Under the pieces are notes generated by a model, which was not told the DNA's origin, made no database searches, and worked only from the letters and a program-made list of their open reading frames with translations. A DNA stretch of 64,000 bases, from assembly GCA_036012755.1 (NCBI GenBank), contig DASCPX010000183.1:15849-79848 (forward strand), read 5' to 3'. The position numbers and the translations under genes are program-made. This DNA is from Myxococcota bacterium. Lineage in GTDB: Bacteria; Myxococcota_A; UBA796; CAJQPC01. Shown in pieces: positions 23,990 to 32,603 of this stretch (the first letter of the stretch is position 1; each line of letters starts with the position of its first letter).

Positions 23990-26010
23990 CAGTGCTCCTT
24001 CAGCCGACAAGGTAGCCCGACCATCTCCGGACTACCCGACAAGGGATCGACATCCTCGGTTCCGACGACCTCTCCGACCTCGACGGACCAGCCCCACGGC
24101 ACGACCACACCGATGGGATGGACGTCCTCGTCGAGGACGACGCGTCCCGACACGGAGCCGTGTGCGGTCTCCAGGACCACGGAGGCGCCGCCTTTGAGTC
24201 CGAGATCCGGGTGGACCCGGATCCCAGGCTCCACCGCGTCCGCGGACCGATAGCGCCAGCCCTTGCCGCCAGCCCAGGTGATGGCCGTCGTCAGGCGGAG
24301 TGGGTAGGCATCGGAGATCGGCGGCGGGTCGAGGTCGCGGATGATCTCGCCGATCGGTGCAGGGGCCAGGTTCAGGCGCTCGTCGTCGTCGGCGGGTCGC
24401 CAGCCGGCGCGGTCGGTCTCCCCAGCGTCGAGTCCGCTCGGCATCTTCTCGAGCGTCGCCCGATCCGGCAGCCCGGACCAGTCCAGCGCCTGGTCGATCC
24501 AGGCGTCGAGGTCCGCGCCCCCGAGGAACCGACCCAGGAGCCTGAGGTGCCCGCCCCACTCGCCGCCTCTGAGCGGCGGCGCCGCGGCCTCCAGGAGGTC
24601 CCCGAGGATGGCGGCGACATCGCGGGCCTGCCCGTGCGGAGGGAGCAGCGCCGGGGTGGCCTGGGTGTAGCGGCTGGGCAGGCTGGATGTATCCAGCAGG
24701 TGGAGGTCGGCCCGCTCCCAGAAGTGGGTGCTCGGCAGGATCCAGTCGGCTCGCGCGGTCGTGGCGCCGGGCATGGAGTCGATGGCGACGAGGAGCTCGA
24801 GGGCTTCGAAGGCGGCCCCGGTCCTCTCGGGATCCGGGAGCTCGGTGAGGGGGCAGCCGTCCACGCAGACCAGCGCCCTGACGGGGGTCGAGCTCTGGAG
24901 GATCTCCTCGGCCAGGGCGGTGCCGGGGAGCTGGGCCAAGAGCGCCTTGAAGCCGCGCACACTGCTCGCTGGCGCGCCAGAGGTCGGGAAGCTCCCCAGG
25001 ATCGCGCTCAGATCCACGAGTCCACCGGTCTCGTACAGCCCGCCTGGGCGGAGCAGGTTCGCCGTGACCGCTGCGTGCACGAGCCAGGCCCAGCTGGCCA
25101 CCGTGCCGTGCCTGGACTGGGTCAGGGTGGGGGATGCAACGACGCAGCCCATGGCCGACCGCCCGAACTTCAGGCCGACGCCTGCGAGCACCTCGACGTC
25201 GATTCCGCAGATCTCCGCGCAGCGAGCTGGCGTCCACGGTTCGAGCCACTCGAGCGCCTGGTCGAAGCCGCGGGTGTAGTCGGAGACGTACTGCTTGTCG
25301 ATCCAGCGGTTCTCGAGCGTCGCGCTTGCGAGCCCGAGCATGTAGAAGACCTCTGTCCCGGGTCGGACCTGGATGAAGGAGTCGGCCCCCTCCGCCAGCG
25401 CTGTCTTGCGGGAGTCGACGACGACGAGCTTGGTGCCCTTGCGGCGGCCGCGGAAATAGCTGAGCGCCTGGTGGTGGACGGTGCCGGCCTGCATCGGGCC
25501 CCAGTTGCCCTCCTCCTGGCCGCCGCCGATGAGGATCGTGTAGTGGCTGCGGCCCACGTCGGCCTGCAGCGCCATCGGCGCGCCCATCACCAGGTCGGTC
25601 GCGTAGAGCTTGCTCGCCCCGTACATCGCGAGCTCGGTGAAGACATTCGGCGTCCCCATCGCGAAGGCGAAGGCGCCCAGTCGCAGCACTCCGGCGTGGT
25701 CGTTGGCCAGGGGCCCCCCGGCATAGAGACCGATCGATCGCGGCCCGTGCTCTCGGCGGAGTCCCTTCAGCGTCGAGGCGATCGCGCACACGGCTTCGTC
25801 CCAGGAGACGGGCTGGTAGCCGGAGCCGACTCGCTTCAGCGGCGTGGCGAGGCGCTCCCGGGGGACGGCGCTGTTTTCGCCGACAGGGCAGAGTGCGCCT
25901 GCGCTCTTCGGGTTGGCTGGATCCCCGCGGAGCGCCGTGATGCGGCCGTCCTGGACCTCGGCGTGGACTCCGCAGAGACCTTCGCAGACGCGGCAATAGC
26001 TTGAGATCAT
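23989..26010 (-). CDS. molybdopterin (MopB superfamily) oxidoreductase, cytoplasmic
   Basis: 673 aa. N-terminal 4Fe-4S motif YCRVCEGLCGV...ALCPVG. The length and GGP.., VVDSRKT, and C-terminal barrel-like segments are typical of bis-MGD enzymes. No Tat signal. Confidence 0.85.
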   Translation of the reverse strand: MISSYCRVCEGLCGVHAEVQDGRITALRGDPANPKSAGALCPVGENSAVPRERLATPLKRVGSGYQPVSWDEAVCAIASTLKGLRREHGPRSIGLYAGGPLANDHAGVLRLGAFAFAMGTPNVFTELAMYGASKLYATDLVMGAPMALQADVGRSHYTILIGGGQEEGNWGPMQAGTVHHQALSYFRGRRKGTKLVVVDSRKTALAEGADSFIQVRPGTEVFYMLGLASATLENRWIDKQYVSDYTRGFDQALEWLEPWTPARCAEICGIDVEVLAGVGLKFGRSAMGCVVASPTLTQSRHGTVASWAWLVHAAVTANLLRPGGLYETGGLVDLSAILGSFPTSGAPASSVRGFKALLAQLPGTALAEEILQSSTPVRALVCVDGCPLTELPDPERTGAAFEALELLVAIDSMPGATTARADWILPSTHFWERADLHLLDTSSLPSRYTQATPALLPPHGQARDVAAILGDLLEAAAPPLRGGEWGGHLRLLGRFLGGADLDAWIDQALDWSGLPDRATLEKMPSGLDAGETDRAGWRPADDDERLNLAPAPIGEIIRDLDPPPISDAYPLRLTTAITWAGGKGWRYRSADAVEPGIRVHPDLGLKGGASVVLETAHGSVSGRVVLDEDVHPIGVVVPWGWSVEVGEVVGTEDVDPLSGSPEMVGLPCRLKEH

Positions 26011-26015
26011 TGCGC

Positions 26016-26774
26016 CTAGCCTATGTCAGCGCGCATCCCGGCGCTGATGATGGCCAGGAGCTTCCACTCCTCTGGGAAGGGAGACAGATCACGTTGCAGT
26101 CGCTCGGCCGCGGCGCGGCTCCGAAGACGGGGGAGCAGCGCGCGGATGAGGACCCTGACGCCCGCTCCTCTGGCTGCGCACACATAGGGCACGATCGGAC
26201 AGGAGGGGTCGGCCTCGAGCGCCCGAGCGGCGGCCTGGACGAAGGCCTCGTCGTGTCCGTTGGCGGCCAGCGCAGCGATGATCTCCGGGCGGGCGCTCTC
26301 CGCCAGATCGACCAGGGCGTCGACGTGCCCCCGGGCGGCGTACGCGGTGCAGACGCTGGCGAAGGCCGGGTGGTCGAGCGCCGAGGTGAGGTGGCGACGC
26401 CCGACCGGGGTCTCCACCTGCTCGGACAGCGCCAGCATCCAGCCCGCCGCGGGGTGGCGCCCTGCGGCGAGCTCGAGCAGCTCGACGGACAGGTCGGGGG
26501 CCAGGTCCGACAGCCGCCGGTAGACGGCGGCGGGGGTGGCGCCCTTCTCCACGGCCTCGATCACCGTCATGGCGGCCAGTACGGCTTGCCGACCCGAGAG
26601 CGCCTTGGGTCCGAGCACGAGATCCCCGAGCGCCAGGGGCTCGCTCTCCGCCAGCGCCGCGTAGAGCGGTCCGAGGTCCACGCCATCGGCGAGGGCGTTC
26701 CGGGCGTCATCGCGGAGCACCTCCAGGTCCCGAGGGAGGAGCAGCCCAGACAGATCGCCGCTTGTCCAGCTCAT
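26016..26774 (-). CDS. hypothetical helical protein
   Basis: 252-aa ORF. ATG 26774 overlaps the upstream TGA (ATGA). Ala/Leu-rich helical repeats. No family recognised. Confidence 0.55.
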   Translation of the reverse strand: MSWTSGDLSGLLLPRDLEVLRDDARNALADGVDLGPLYAALAESEPLALGDLVLGPKALSGRQAVLAAMTVIEAVEKGATPAAVYRRLSDLAPDLSVELLELAAGRHPAAGWMLALSEQVETPVGRRHLTSALDHPAFASVCTAYAARGHVDALVDLAESARPEIIAALAANGHDEAFVQAAARALEADPSCPIVPYVCAARGAGVRVLIRALLPRLRSRAAAERLQRDLSPFPEEWKLLAIISAGMRADIG

Positions 26775-27235
26775 CCGACGAGGGCCTCGATGTCGTCCAT
26801 GTCGCGGGGCTCGGGGTCTCCCTCGCCGAGGGCGACGAGAGCTTCGGAGATCGCCTCGCCCTCCTGGACCGGGCGCAGCCCCTCCACCGTCCAGACCCGC
26901 GCCAGCCCGCGTCCGGCCCAGGACCAGCCGAGCTCGTCACTGGCGACGATCAGCAGCGCGAGGTCCTCGCCCCGGGCAGGGCCCAGCCCCTCCGCGCCTT
27001 CGTCGAGTCGGCGGATGACCTCGGCGATCAGGGCCAGGCCGTTGCCCTCTGAGGGCACGTCGTGGAGCAGCCGGTGCAGCTCGACCACGGCGGCCCAGGC
27101 CTGGACGGGAGGACAGCCCGCGGCGACCCTGGCGGCGATGTCCGCGGAGGCGGTCGCGTCCCCGACCCGGAAGCGCACGTGTCCGTTGAACCGCAGGCGC
27201 CCGGAGGCGCCGATCAAGAGGGCGCGCTGCAACAC
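26771..27235 (-). CDS. hypothetical protein
   Basis: 154-aa ORF (GTG 27235 or TTG 27232). It is the first gene of the minus-strand string ending with the small lipoprotein. No family recognised. Confidence 0.5.
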   Translation of the reverse strand: MLQRALLIGASGRLRFNGHVRFRVGDATASADIAARVAAGCPPVQAWAAVVELHRLLHDVPSEGNGLALIAEVIRRLDEGAEGLGPARGEDLALLIVASDELGWSWAGRGLARVWTVEGLRPVQEGEAISEALVALGEGDPEPRDMDDIEALVG

Positions 27236-27302
27236 CGATGCGGCCTAACGCTATTGCCGGAGGACGGCCTGCGGGCTATTTCGGCGGCCCCGGGAGGCAC
27301 CT

Positions 27303-27548
27303 GTGCACCAGTACCTCATTCCCTTCGGTGGCGTCGTCGCTGGCGCCGGATTCATGACCATGCTGTTTGGCTGGGAAGGCCCTGGTGGCGTGCACATCGC
27401 GGAGCAGATCTCGATGGTGGGCTTCTCCGCGGTCGGCGACATCAGCCTCAATTCCCTCGGTCAGCTCGCCTTTGCGTTGATTCTGATCGGAATCGGGATG
27501 ATGGTGTGGGGAAACCGCACGGCTTGGAAGGAGACCAGCGGCTACTAG
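27303..27548 (+). CDS. small membrane protein (2-3 predicted helices)
   Basis: GTG 27303 preceded by GGGAGG, 81 aa. Hydrophobic segments FGGVVAGAGFMTMLFGW and LAFALILIGIGMMVWG. GC is visibly lower than in the neighbours. Confidence 0.5.
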   Translation: MHQYLIPFGGVVAGAGFMTMLFGWEGPGGVHIAEQISMVGFSAVGDISLNSLGQLAFALILIGIGMMVWGNRTAWKETSGY

Positions 27549-27557
27549 GTACACGCT

Positions 27558-28619
27558 GTGTCACGCGACCCCTTCGAGAGCGTCGAGTCTCCCTACCGGC
27601 CCCGACTCCACCGTGGCCTCAAGCGCTTGGCGCGCCCCCTCATCACGGAGCTCGAGCGAGCCTTCGACGAGTTCGAGGAGCCCCTCGGACGCATAGAGAG
27701 GAGCGTCGCCGAGCTCATGCTCGGTCATGGCCTGCCGACCGGCGTCTCCCCGGGCAGCCACATCGCGCCCGGTGTTCCGCGTGTCCGTCCGGTCCTCGTC
27801 CTGCTGGCGACCCGGGCGGCTGGCGGAGATCAGGACGCCGAAGAGGCCGCCTTCTCTGCGGAGCTCCTCCACAAGGCGGTCGTACTCCACGACGCGGCTC
27901 TGGGACGGCAGGACGGTCGTCGTCGTCGCATCACGCGGCGGCTGCTCGGGGGAGCGGCACATTGGCTCGGCGGTCACCATCTCGGTCTGCGCGCCCTCGA
28001 GGTCGTGCGAGCGTCTCGGCCGGAGCTCCTCGGCGAGGTCCTCGACACCATGCGCGAGATCACGGAGGGGCACGCCCTGGCAGAGCGACTCCGCGATGCT
28101 GACCCGGACCTCGAGGACTGGCGCGACTACGCTGAGCTCCACATCGGCGCTGTGTACGCATTCTCCTGCCGGGCCGGGGCGCGCCTCGCCGGAGCCCCGC
28201 GAGAGATCGGCTCGGCCCTGGGGCGGTACGGCCGCCACATGGGCATCGCCTGGCACGCGCTGGAGGACCAGTGGCTGATCACGGTCTCAGCAGAGGAGCT
28301 CCCGAAGATCCTGGCCCACCGCACAGCCTCCGGTCGCCCGGTGCTCCCTCTCATCGTCGCTCTCGAGGAGGACCCGGAGGTCGACGCCCTGGTCGACCGC
28401 GTGCTCGCAGACGGTGACGTCGCCGCCGCCCGTGAGCTCCAGCGACGGCTGGTCTGCACAGAGGGTCTCTTCGAGACGCGCAAGACGATGGTCGAGCACA
28501 GCCTCGCCGCGCGGCGCGCGCTGCGCGTCCTCCGTCCTGGCCCTCACCGTGACGCGCTCGACCGGCTGGCCTACAGCCTCGCGGCCAGCGGGGCGCGGAT
28601 CGCCGAGGAGAACGAATAG
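27558..28619 (+). CDS. polyprenyl (trans-isoprenyl) diphosphate synthase-like protein with both Asp-rich motifs degenerate
   Basis: 353 aa. It aligns by eye to the IspB/GGPPS pattern: LLHKAVVLHDAALGRQDGRRRR in place of LLHDDxxDxxxxRRG, and GIAWHALEDQWL in place of GxAFQxxDDxLD. Confidence 0.55.
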   Translation: MSRDPFESVESPYRPRLHRGLKRLARPLITELERAFDEFEEPLGRIERSVAELMLGHGLPTGVSPGSHIAPGVPRVRPVLVLLATRAAGGDQDAEEAAFSAELLHKAVVLHDAALGRQDGRRRRITRRLLGGAAHWLGGHHLGLRALEVVRASRPELLGEVLDTMREITEGHALAERLRDADPDLEDWRDYAELHIGAVYAFSCRAGARLAGAPREIGSALGRYGRHMGIAWHALEDQWLITVSAEELPKILAHRTASGRPVLPLIVALEEDPEVDALVDRVLADGDVAAARELQRRLVCTEGLFETRKTMVEHSLAARRALRVLRPGPHRDALDRLAYSLAASGARIAEENE

Positions 28620-28796
28620 GAGCTTGGTGCACGTTGATCCCGGCTTGTCGAGGCTCGACCTCGGGACTCGTCGCCGCGGACGTGCGCTTTGGCTCGTCTC
28701 CTCCGGCCGCTCGGGCTGGCAGCGGCGACCCCCGCTTGGGCGAGGGGCCGCCTCGCCAACGAGAGCGGCCTCCGGGTGAGCCTTCTCAACGCGAAG

Positions 28797-28865
28797 CGCC
28801 ACAAACTGTGGCGTTTCGGCCCGAGAAGCCTGTCTTGTCCGTCCCATCCGCCACACTTTGTGGCG
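28797..28865. repeat. two near-identical stem-loops CGCCACA-N3-TGTGGCG, 52 bp apart, in a convergent intergenic region
   Basis: 28797-28813 is cgccacaaactgtggcg, followed by TTTCGG. 28849-28865 is cgccacactttgtggcg. A third hairpin, ggcgagg-ggccg-cctcgcc, sits at about 28738-28756. Confidence 0.6.
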
Positions 28866-28883
28866 ATCGGCTGGCGCAGAGAC

Positions 28884-30203
28884 TCAGAGCGGGTAGTCCG
28901 TCTGGAAGACCGTGAAGCGGTAGTAGGCAGCGGGGCCGTACTCGGTCCCGTCGTCGTTGGTCACCTGGATGAAGTACTGCCCTCCGTCGAGGGGACCGAT
29001 GGGGCCGACGTCGCTGAAGTCGTCGTCCGTGCCGATGTCGTCGCCCTCTCCGACGACCTCGCCGTCCTCGTCGTAGATCGTGACCTCGGCGTCGATCAGC
29101 GAGCCGAAGAGATCGGCGGTGCCGTTGAGGTAGAGGTAGTTGTCCGGGTCGACCGAGATGCTGTACCAGTCCTCGTCGTAGCCGTAGTCCATGATGCCCC
29201 AGGCCAGGGCGGTGCCCTGCTCGCCGTCGTCGTTGGTCTCCCACACGAAGTCCATGACGTTGGCTTCGCCGTCGTAGTCGTTCGGCTCGAGCTCGGCCTC
29301 GTAGTGGTAGCCACGATCGTAGACGCGGACGTAGACGAAGCCCCAGTGGCTCTCGCCCCCATCTCCGCTGGCGTCGCTGACCGCCAAGGTGGCCTCGCCG
29401 CCGTCGACCTCGAAGTAGAAGCCCGAGCCGTTGTCGCCGCCCGGGGACTCCTTGCGCAGCAACAGGTCGCCCTCGATGTCGTAGAGCTCGTAGAGCGGCG
29501 TGGCGTCGGAGTCGACGGCGTAGGAGCTGCCGGTCAGCACGGTCGGGCACTCCTCGTAGGGCAGGGCGAGCTCGATGTAGTCGGTGTCGCCCTCCTCCTC
29601 GAGCAGCCAGCCGACGGCGTAGAAGTAGCCGGAGTCGACCTCGAGGAGCTCTCCGTTCTCGAAGCTGTCCGGGTCCTCTGTGCGGCGGCCGTACTCGGCC
29701 ACCTCGAGCGTGTAGCTGAAGTCCGGGATGCCGATGTCGTTGATGTCCTCGACCATGACCGTCCAGGCGCCTTCCTCGGGCAGGTAGGCAAAGAGCACCG
29801 TGTCGTAGGTCGTCACCGGGCCGAGGGCGTGGTCGTTCTCCTGAGCGTGGAGCTTGCCGGTGGGGCTGTACAGGGAGAGGAGGGTGTCGTTGTCTTCGTC
29901 ATCGGTGATCGTGTCGATGCGGATGAACTCACCACCATCGGCGTTGAAGGTGAAGAAGTCCTGGTCGTCGTCGTCCTGCAGGACGCCTTCGACGGGAGCG
30001 TCCCAGAGGATCGACTCGGCCTCTTCCAGGGAGTTGTTCCGGTCCCCGGTGGTGCACTCCTCCTCGTCGCAGATCTGCCAGCTGCTGCAGTCGGTGTCCT
30101 CGGCGCAGGGAGTTTCGTCTGGGGGCGAGTCGTCGTTCGGCAGGTAGCCGGAGTCATCGGGGTTGCCGCGGTTGCAGCCCAGGACCAAGAGAGAGATCAG
30201 CAT
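28884..30203 (-). CDS. acidic lipoprotein with three PPC (pre-peptidase C-terminal)-like repeats
   Basis: MLISLLVLGC lipobox. Three repeats carry the D.D(F/Y/W)(F/Y).(F/I/L) motif (DQDFFTFNA, DTDYIELAL, DEDWYSISV). Very D/E/G-rich. Confidence 0.65.
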   Translation of the reverse strand: MLISLLVLGCNRGNPDDSGYLPNDDSPPDETPCAEDTDCSSWQICDEEECTTGDRNNSLEEAESILWDAPVEGVLQDDDDQDFFTFNADGGEFIRIDTITDDEDNDTLLSLYSPTGKLHAQENDHALGPVTTYDTVLFAYLPEEGAWTVMVEDINDIGIPDFSYTLEVAEYGRRTEDPDSFENGELLEVDSGYFYAVGWLLEEEGDTDYIELALPYEECPTVLTGSSYAVDSDATPLYELYDIEGDLLLRKESPGGDNGSGFYFEVDGGEATLAVSDASGDGGESHWGFVYVRVYDRGYHYEAELEPNDYDGEANVMDFVWETNDDGEQGTALAWGIMDYGYDEDWYSISVDPDNYLYLNGTADLFGSLIDAEVTIYDEDGEVVGEGDDIGTDDDFSDVGPIGPLDGGQYFIQVTNDDGTEYGPAAYYRFTVFQTDYPL

Positions 30204-30273
30204 GAGCGAAACTTAGCTTGCCAGCCGCACCATGGCGGCTAATACGGGCGGCTGTCGCCTCTGGAGGTCCACC

Positions 30274-31257
30274 ATGCCGCGTCCGCGTGCTCTCACGGGC
30301 ATCCAGCCATCCGGGATCCCGCACGTCGGGAACCTCAAGGGCATGATCGAGCCGGCCCTGTCCCTCCAGGAGACCCACGAGCCCTTCTACTTCATCGCCA
30401 GCTACCACGCCCTGACGACCCTCAAGGACCCCCGGCTCCTTCGCGAGTACCAGCGCGAGGCGGCCATGTCGTTCATGGCCTTCGGCCTGGACCCGGGCGT
30501 CACCGCGTTGTTCCTGCAGCAGGACGTGCCAGAGGTCTGCGAGCTCGGTTGGATTCTGGGCTGCCACGTGAACACAGGAGTGCTCGAGCGCGCACATGCA
30601 TACAAAGCGGCGCGGGATGCGGGCCGCGAGATCAACCTCGGGACCTTCAGCTACCCCGTGCTCATGGCAGCGGACATCCTCATCTACGACTCCCACCATG
30701 TCCCCGTCGGCAAGGACCAGAAGCAGCACGTGGAGATGGCGCGGGACATGGCCGCGGGCTTCAACCACCGCTACGGCGCGGATGTCTTCGTCCTTCCGGA
30801 GCCGCTCATCCGCGAAGAGGTCGCGACGGTCCCTGGAGTCGACGGGCGCAAGATGTCCAAGTCCTACGACAACACGCTGCCGCTGTTCCTCCCGCCGAAG
30901 GAGCTGCGCAAGCGCATCATGAAGATCGTCACCGACAGCAAGGGTGTCGAAGAGGCGAAGGACCCGGAGACCTGCAACGTCTTCGGGCTCTACCAACTCT
31001 TCGCGACGACGGAGGAGCAGGAAGCCCTCGCGATCCGCTATCGCGCCGGAGGCATGGGGTACGGGCAGGCCAAGCAGGAGCTCTTCGAGGTCATGGACCG
31101 CTCCCTCGCCGAACCCCGTGAGCGCTACGGTGCTCTCTGTTCTGATCCGTCGACGGTGGATCGGGTGCTCGCCCAAGGGGCCGAAAAAGCGAGATTCATT
31201 GCCCAGCAGACCTTGGCGCGCGTCCGTGGGGCCGTAGGTTTGGGGTCCGCGCGTTAA
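30274..31257 (+). CDS. trpS: tryptophan--tRNA ligase
   Basis: ATG 30274 with GGAGG 6 nt upstream. Motifs: TGIQPSG.PHVGN (HIGH-like), GKDQKQH, KMSKS. 327 aa. Confidence 0.95.
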   Translation: MPRPRALTGIQPSGIPHVGNLKGMIEPALSLQETHEPFYFIASYHALTTLKDPRLLREYQREAAMSFMAFGLDPGVTALFLQQDVPEVCELGWILGCHVNTGVLERAHAYKAARDAGREINLGTFSYPVLMAADILIYDSHHVPVGKDQKQHVEMARDMAAGFNHRYGADVFVLPEPLIREEVATVPGVDGRKMSKSYDNTLPLFLPPKELRKRIMKIVTDSKGVEEAKDPETCNVFGLYQLFATTEEQEALAIRYRAGGMGYGQAKQELFEVMDRSLAEPRERYGALCSDPSTVDRVLAQGAEKARFIAQQTLARVRGAVGLGSAR

Positions 31258-31431
31258 TTCGGTGTCAGGGGACTGTCAGCTGATTGACGCGGTCTTGACA
31301 AACAGTTCGGGCAGGTGGCTGTAGAACCCCTCCGGAACGCCTCCACCCTGGGAACCTAATGCACCACCCCCGGGCTCAGACGAACAAAACCCCCAGAACG
31401 GTTGTCCCATGTCGGGACCTCAGGAGACTCG

Positions 31432-32505
31432 ATGCCTTCGTATCGACCCGAATCCTTTGACGAAGAAAACCCCTTCCAGCAGCGGAGCACGGGTCGCGGT
31501 GAGCGGCTGAGCGCCGAGGAAGAGAAGGACATGGCGCGCCGGATCCGCGTCGCCGAGGATGCAGCCCGGGACGCCATCATCGACATTCCCGACGCGCGCG
31601 CCATCATCGGTCGCCGTCCGGACCGTGCCGAGCGCACTCGAGCCGGCGCCGTCAGCCGCCTGGAAGAGGCCGTCATGGCGACCTGTGCCCAGGCCAAGAC
31701 CAACCGGGAGTTCCGGCAGCCGGCCCGCAAGGCCTCGGGCGCCTGGCAGGCCGCCGAGAACCTCCGCTGGCGCCTCGCGATGTCCGGCCGCCGGATCGCC
31801 CATGGAGAGGCCCGCAAGCTTGCCGGGCCGTTCATGGACGAAGAGGACCTGGTCCAGGAGGGCTACATCGGCCTCCTCCGCGCCGCCAAGCGCTTCGACC
31901 CCGACCGTGGCATTCGCTTCAGCACCTACGCGCGCTGGTGGGTCAGGGCACAGATGACCCGCGCCATCGACCACACGGGCCGCCCTGTGCGCCTCCCCGG
32001 GTGTGCCGTCGAGCAGACCCGCAACCTCCGCAAGGCCATGAAGCGCTTCGAGTCCGGCGGCGTGGAATACAACGTCCAGGATCTCGCGGAAGAGGTCGGC
32101 ATCGACAAGGAGCGCGCGGAGCTCCTCCTGTCCCAGGGCAACACGATCTCGCTCGAGCAGCCGGTGGACGACGGACCCCGCCCCAGGCCGCTGGAGCGCT
32201 TCCTCTCGGACGACGACGCCCCGCCGCCCGATGGCGAGGCCATCCAGTCCCAGGAGCTCGCGCGGATGCACACCGCCTTCGCCGCCGTGCTCTCCGATCG
32301 CCAGCGCTTCGTCCTGACCCGTCGGTACGGGCTCGACGACGGCGAGTTCCGCACCCTGTCAGAGGTCGGCAAGGAGATGGGGCTTTCCCGCGAGCGCGTC
32401 CGCCAGATCGAGCGCGAAGCCCTCATCAGGCTGCGCGACCACAGCGGCATTCGGGACAACCCCTTCTTCCTCCGCCAGCTCGCGCGGGTCGCCGCCCAGG
32501 CATAG
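31432..32505 (+). CDS. RNA polymerase sigma factor, sigma-70 family with regions 2, 3 and 4 (non-ECF, alternative RpoD-like)
   Basis: ATG 31432 with AGGAG 5 nt upstream. EGYIGLLRAAKRFDP, FSTYARWWVRAQMTRAI (region 2.3/2.4), and EVGKEMGLSRERVRQIEREAL (region 4.2). Confidence 0.9.
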   Translation: MPSYRPESFDEENPFQQRSTGRGERLSAEEEKDMARRIRVAEDAARDAIIDIPDARAIIGRRPDRAERTRAGAVSRLEEAVMATCAQAKTNREFRQPARKASGAWQAAENLRWRLAMSGRRIAHGEARKLAGPFMDEEDLVQEGYIGLLRAAKRFDPDRGIRFSTYARWWVRAQMTRAIDHTGRPVRLPGCAVEQTRNLRKAMKRFESGGVEYNVQDLAEEVGIDKERAELLLSQGNTISLEQPVDDGPRPRPLERFLSDDDAPPPDGEAIQSQELARMHTAFAAVLSDRQRFVLTRRYGLDDGEFRTLSEVGKEMGLSRERVRQIEREALIRLRDHSGIRDNPFFLRQLARVAAQA

Positions 32506-32541
32506 CGGGCGGCCTCGGGGGCAGTTTTCTGGCACACAGAA

Positions 32542-32559
32542 CCTCACGTACGCGTGAGG
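32542..32559 (+). terminator. stem-loop CCTCACG-TACG-CGTGAGG downstream of the sigma factor gene
   Basis: Perfect 7-bp stem, 36 nt after the stop, with no U-tract. It is therefore only terminator-like. Confidence 0.35.
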
Positions 32560-32566
32560 AATCCGC

Positions 32567-32594
32567 TTGCTCGTTGGTTCCGCGTCGCTATTAT
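32567..32594 (+). promoter_or_regulatory. candidate sigma-70-type promoter: TTGCTC-N16-TATTAT
   Basis: -35 TTGCTC (32567-32572), 16-nt spacer, -10 TATTAT (32589-32594). The -10 ends 9 nt before ATG 32604 and there is no Shine-Dalgarno sequence in between. Confidence 0.4.
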
Positions 32595-32603
32595 GGTTGA
32601 CCT

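Noticed and set aside
31295-31330. A sigma-70 promoter for the sigma factor gene, based on a perfect TTGACA at 31295-31300.
   Set aside because: No acceptable -10 hexamer lies 16-19 nt downstream. The nearest TA-rich hexamer (TAGAAC) is 21 nt away. It is therefore not reported as a feature.
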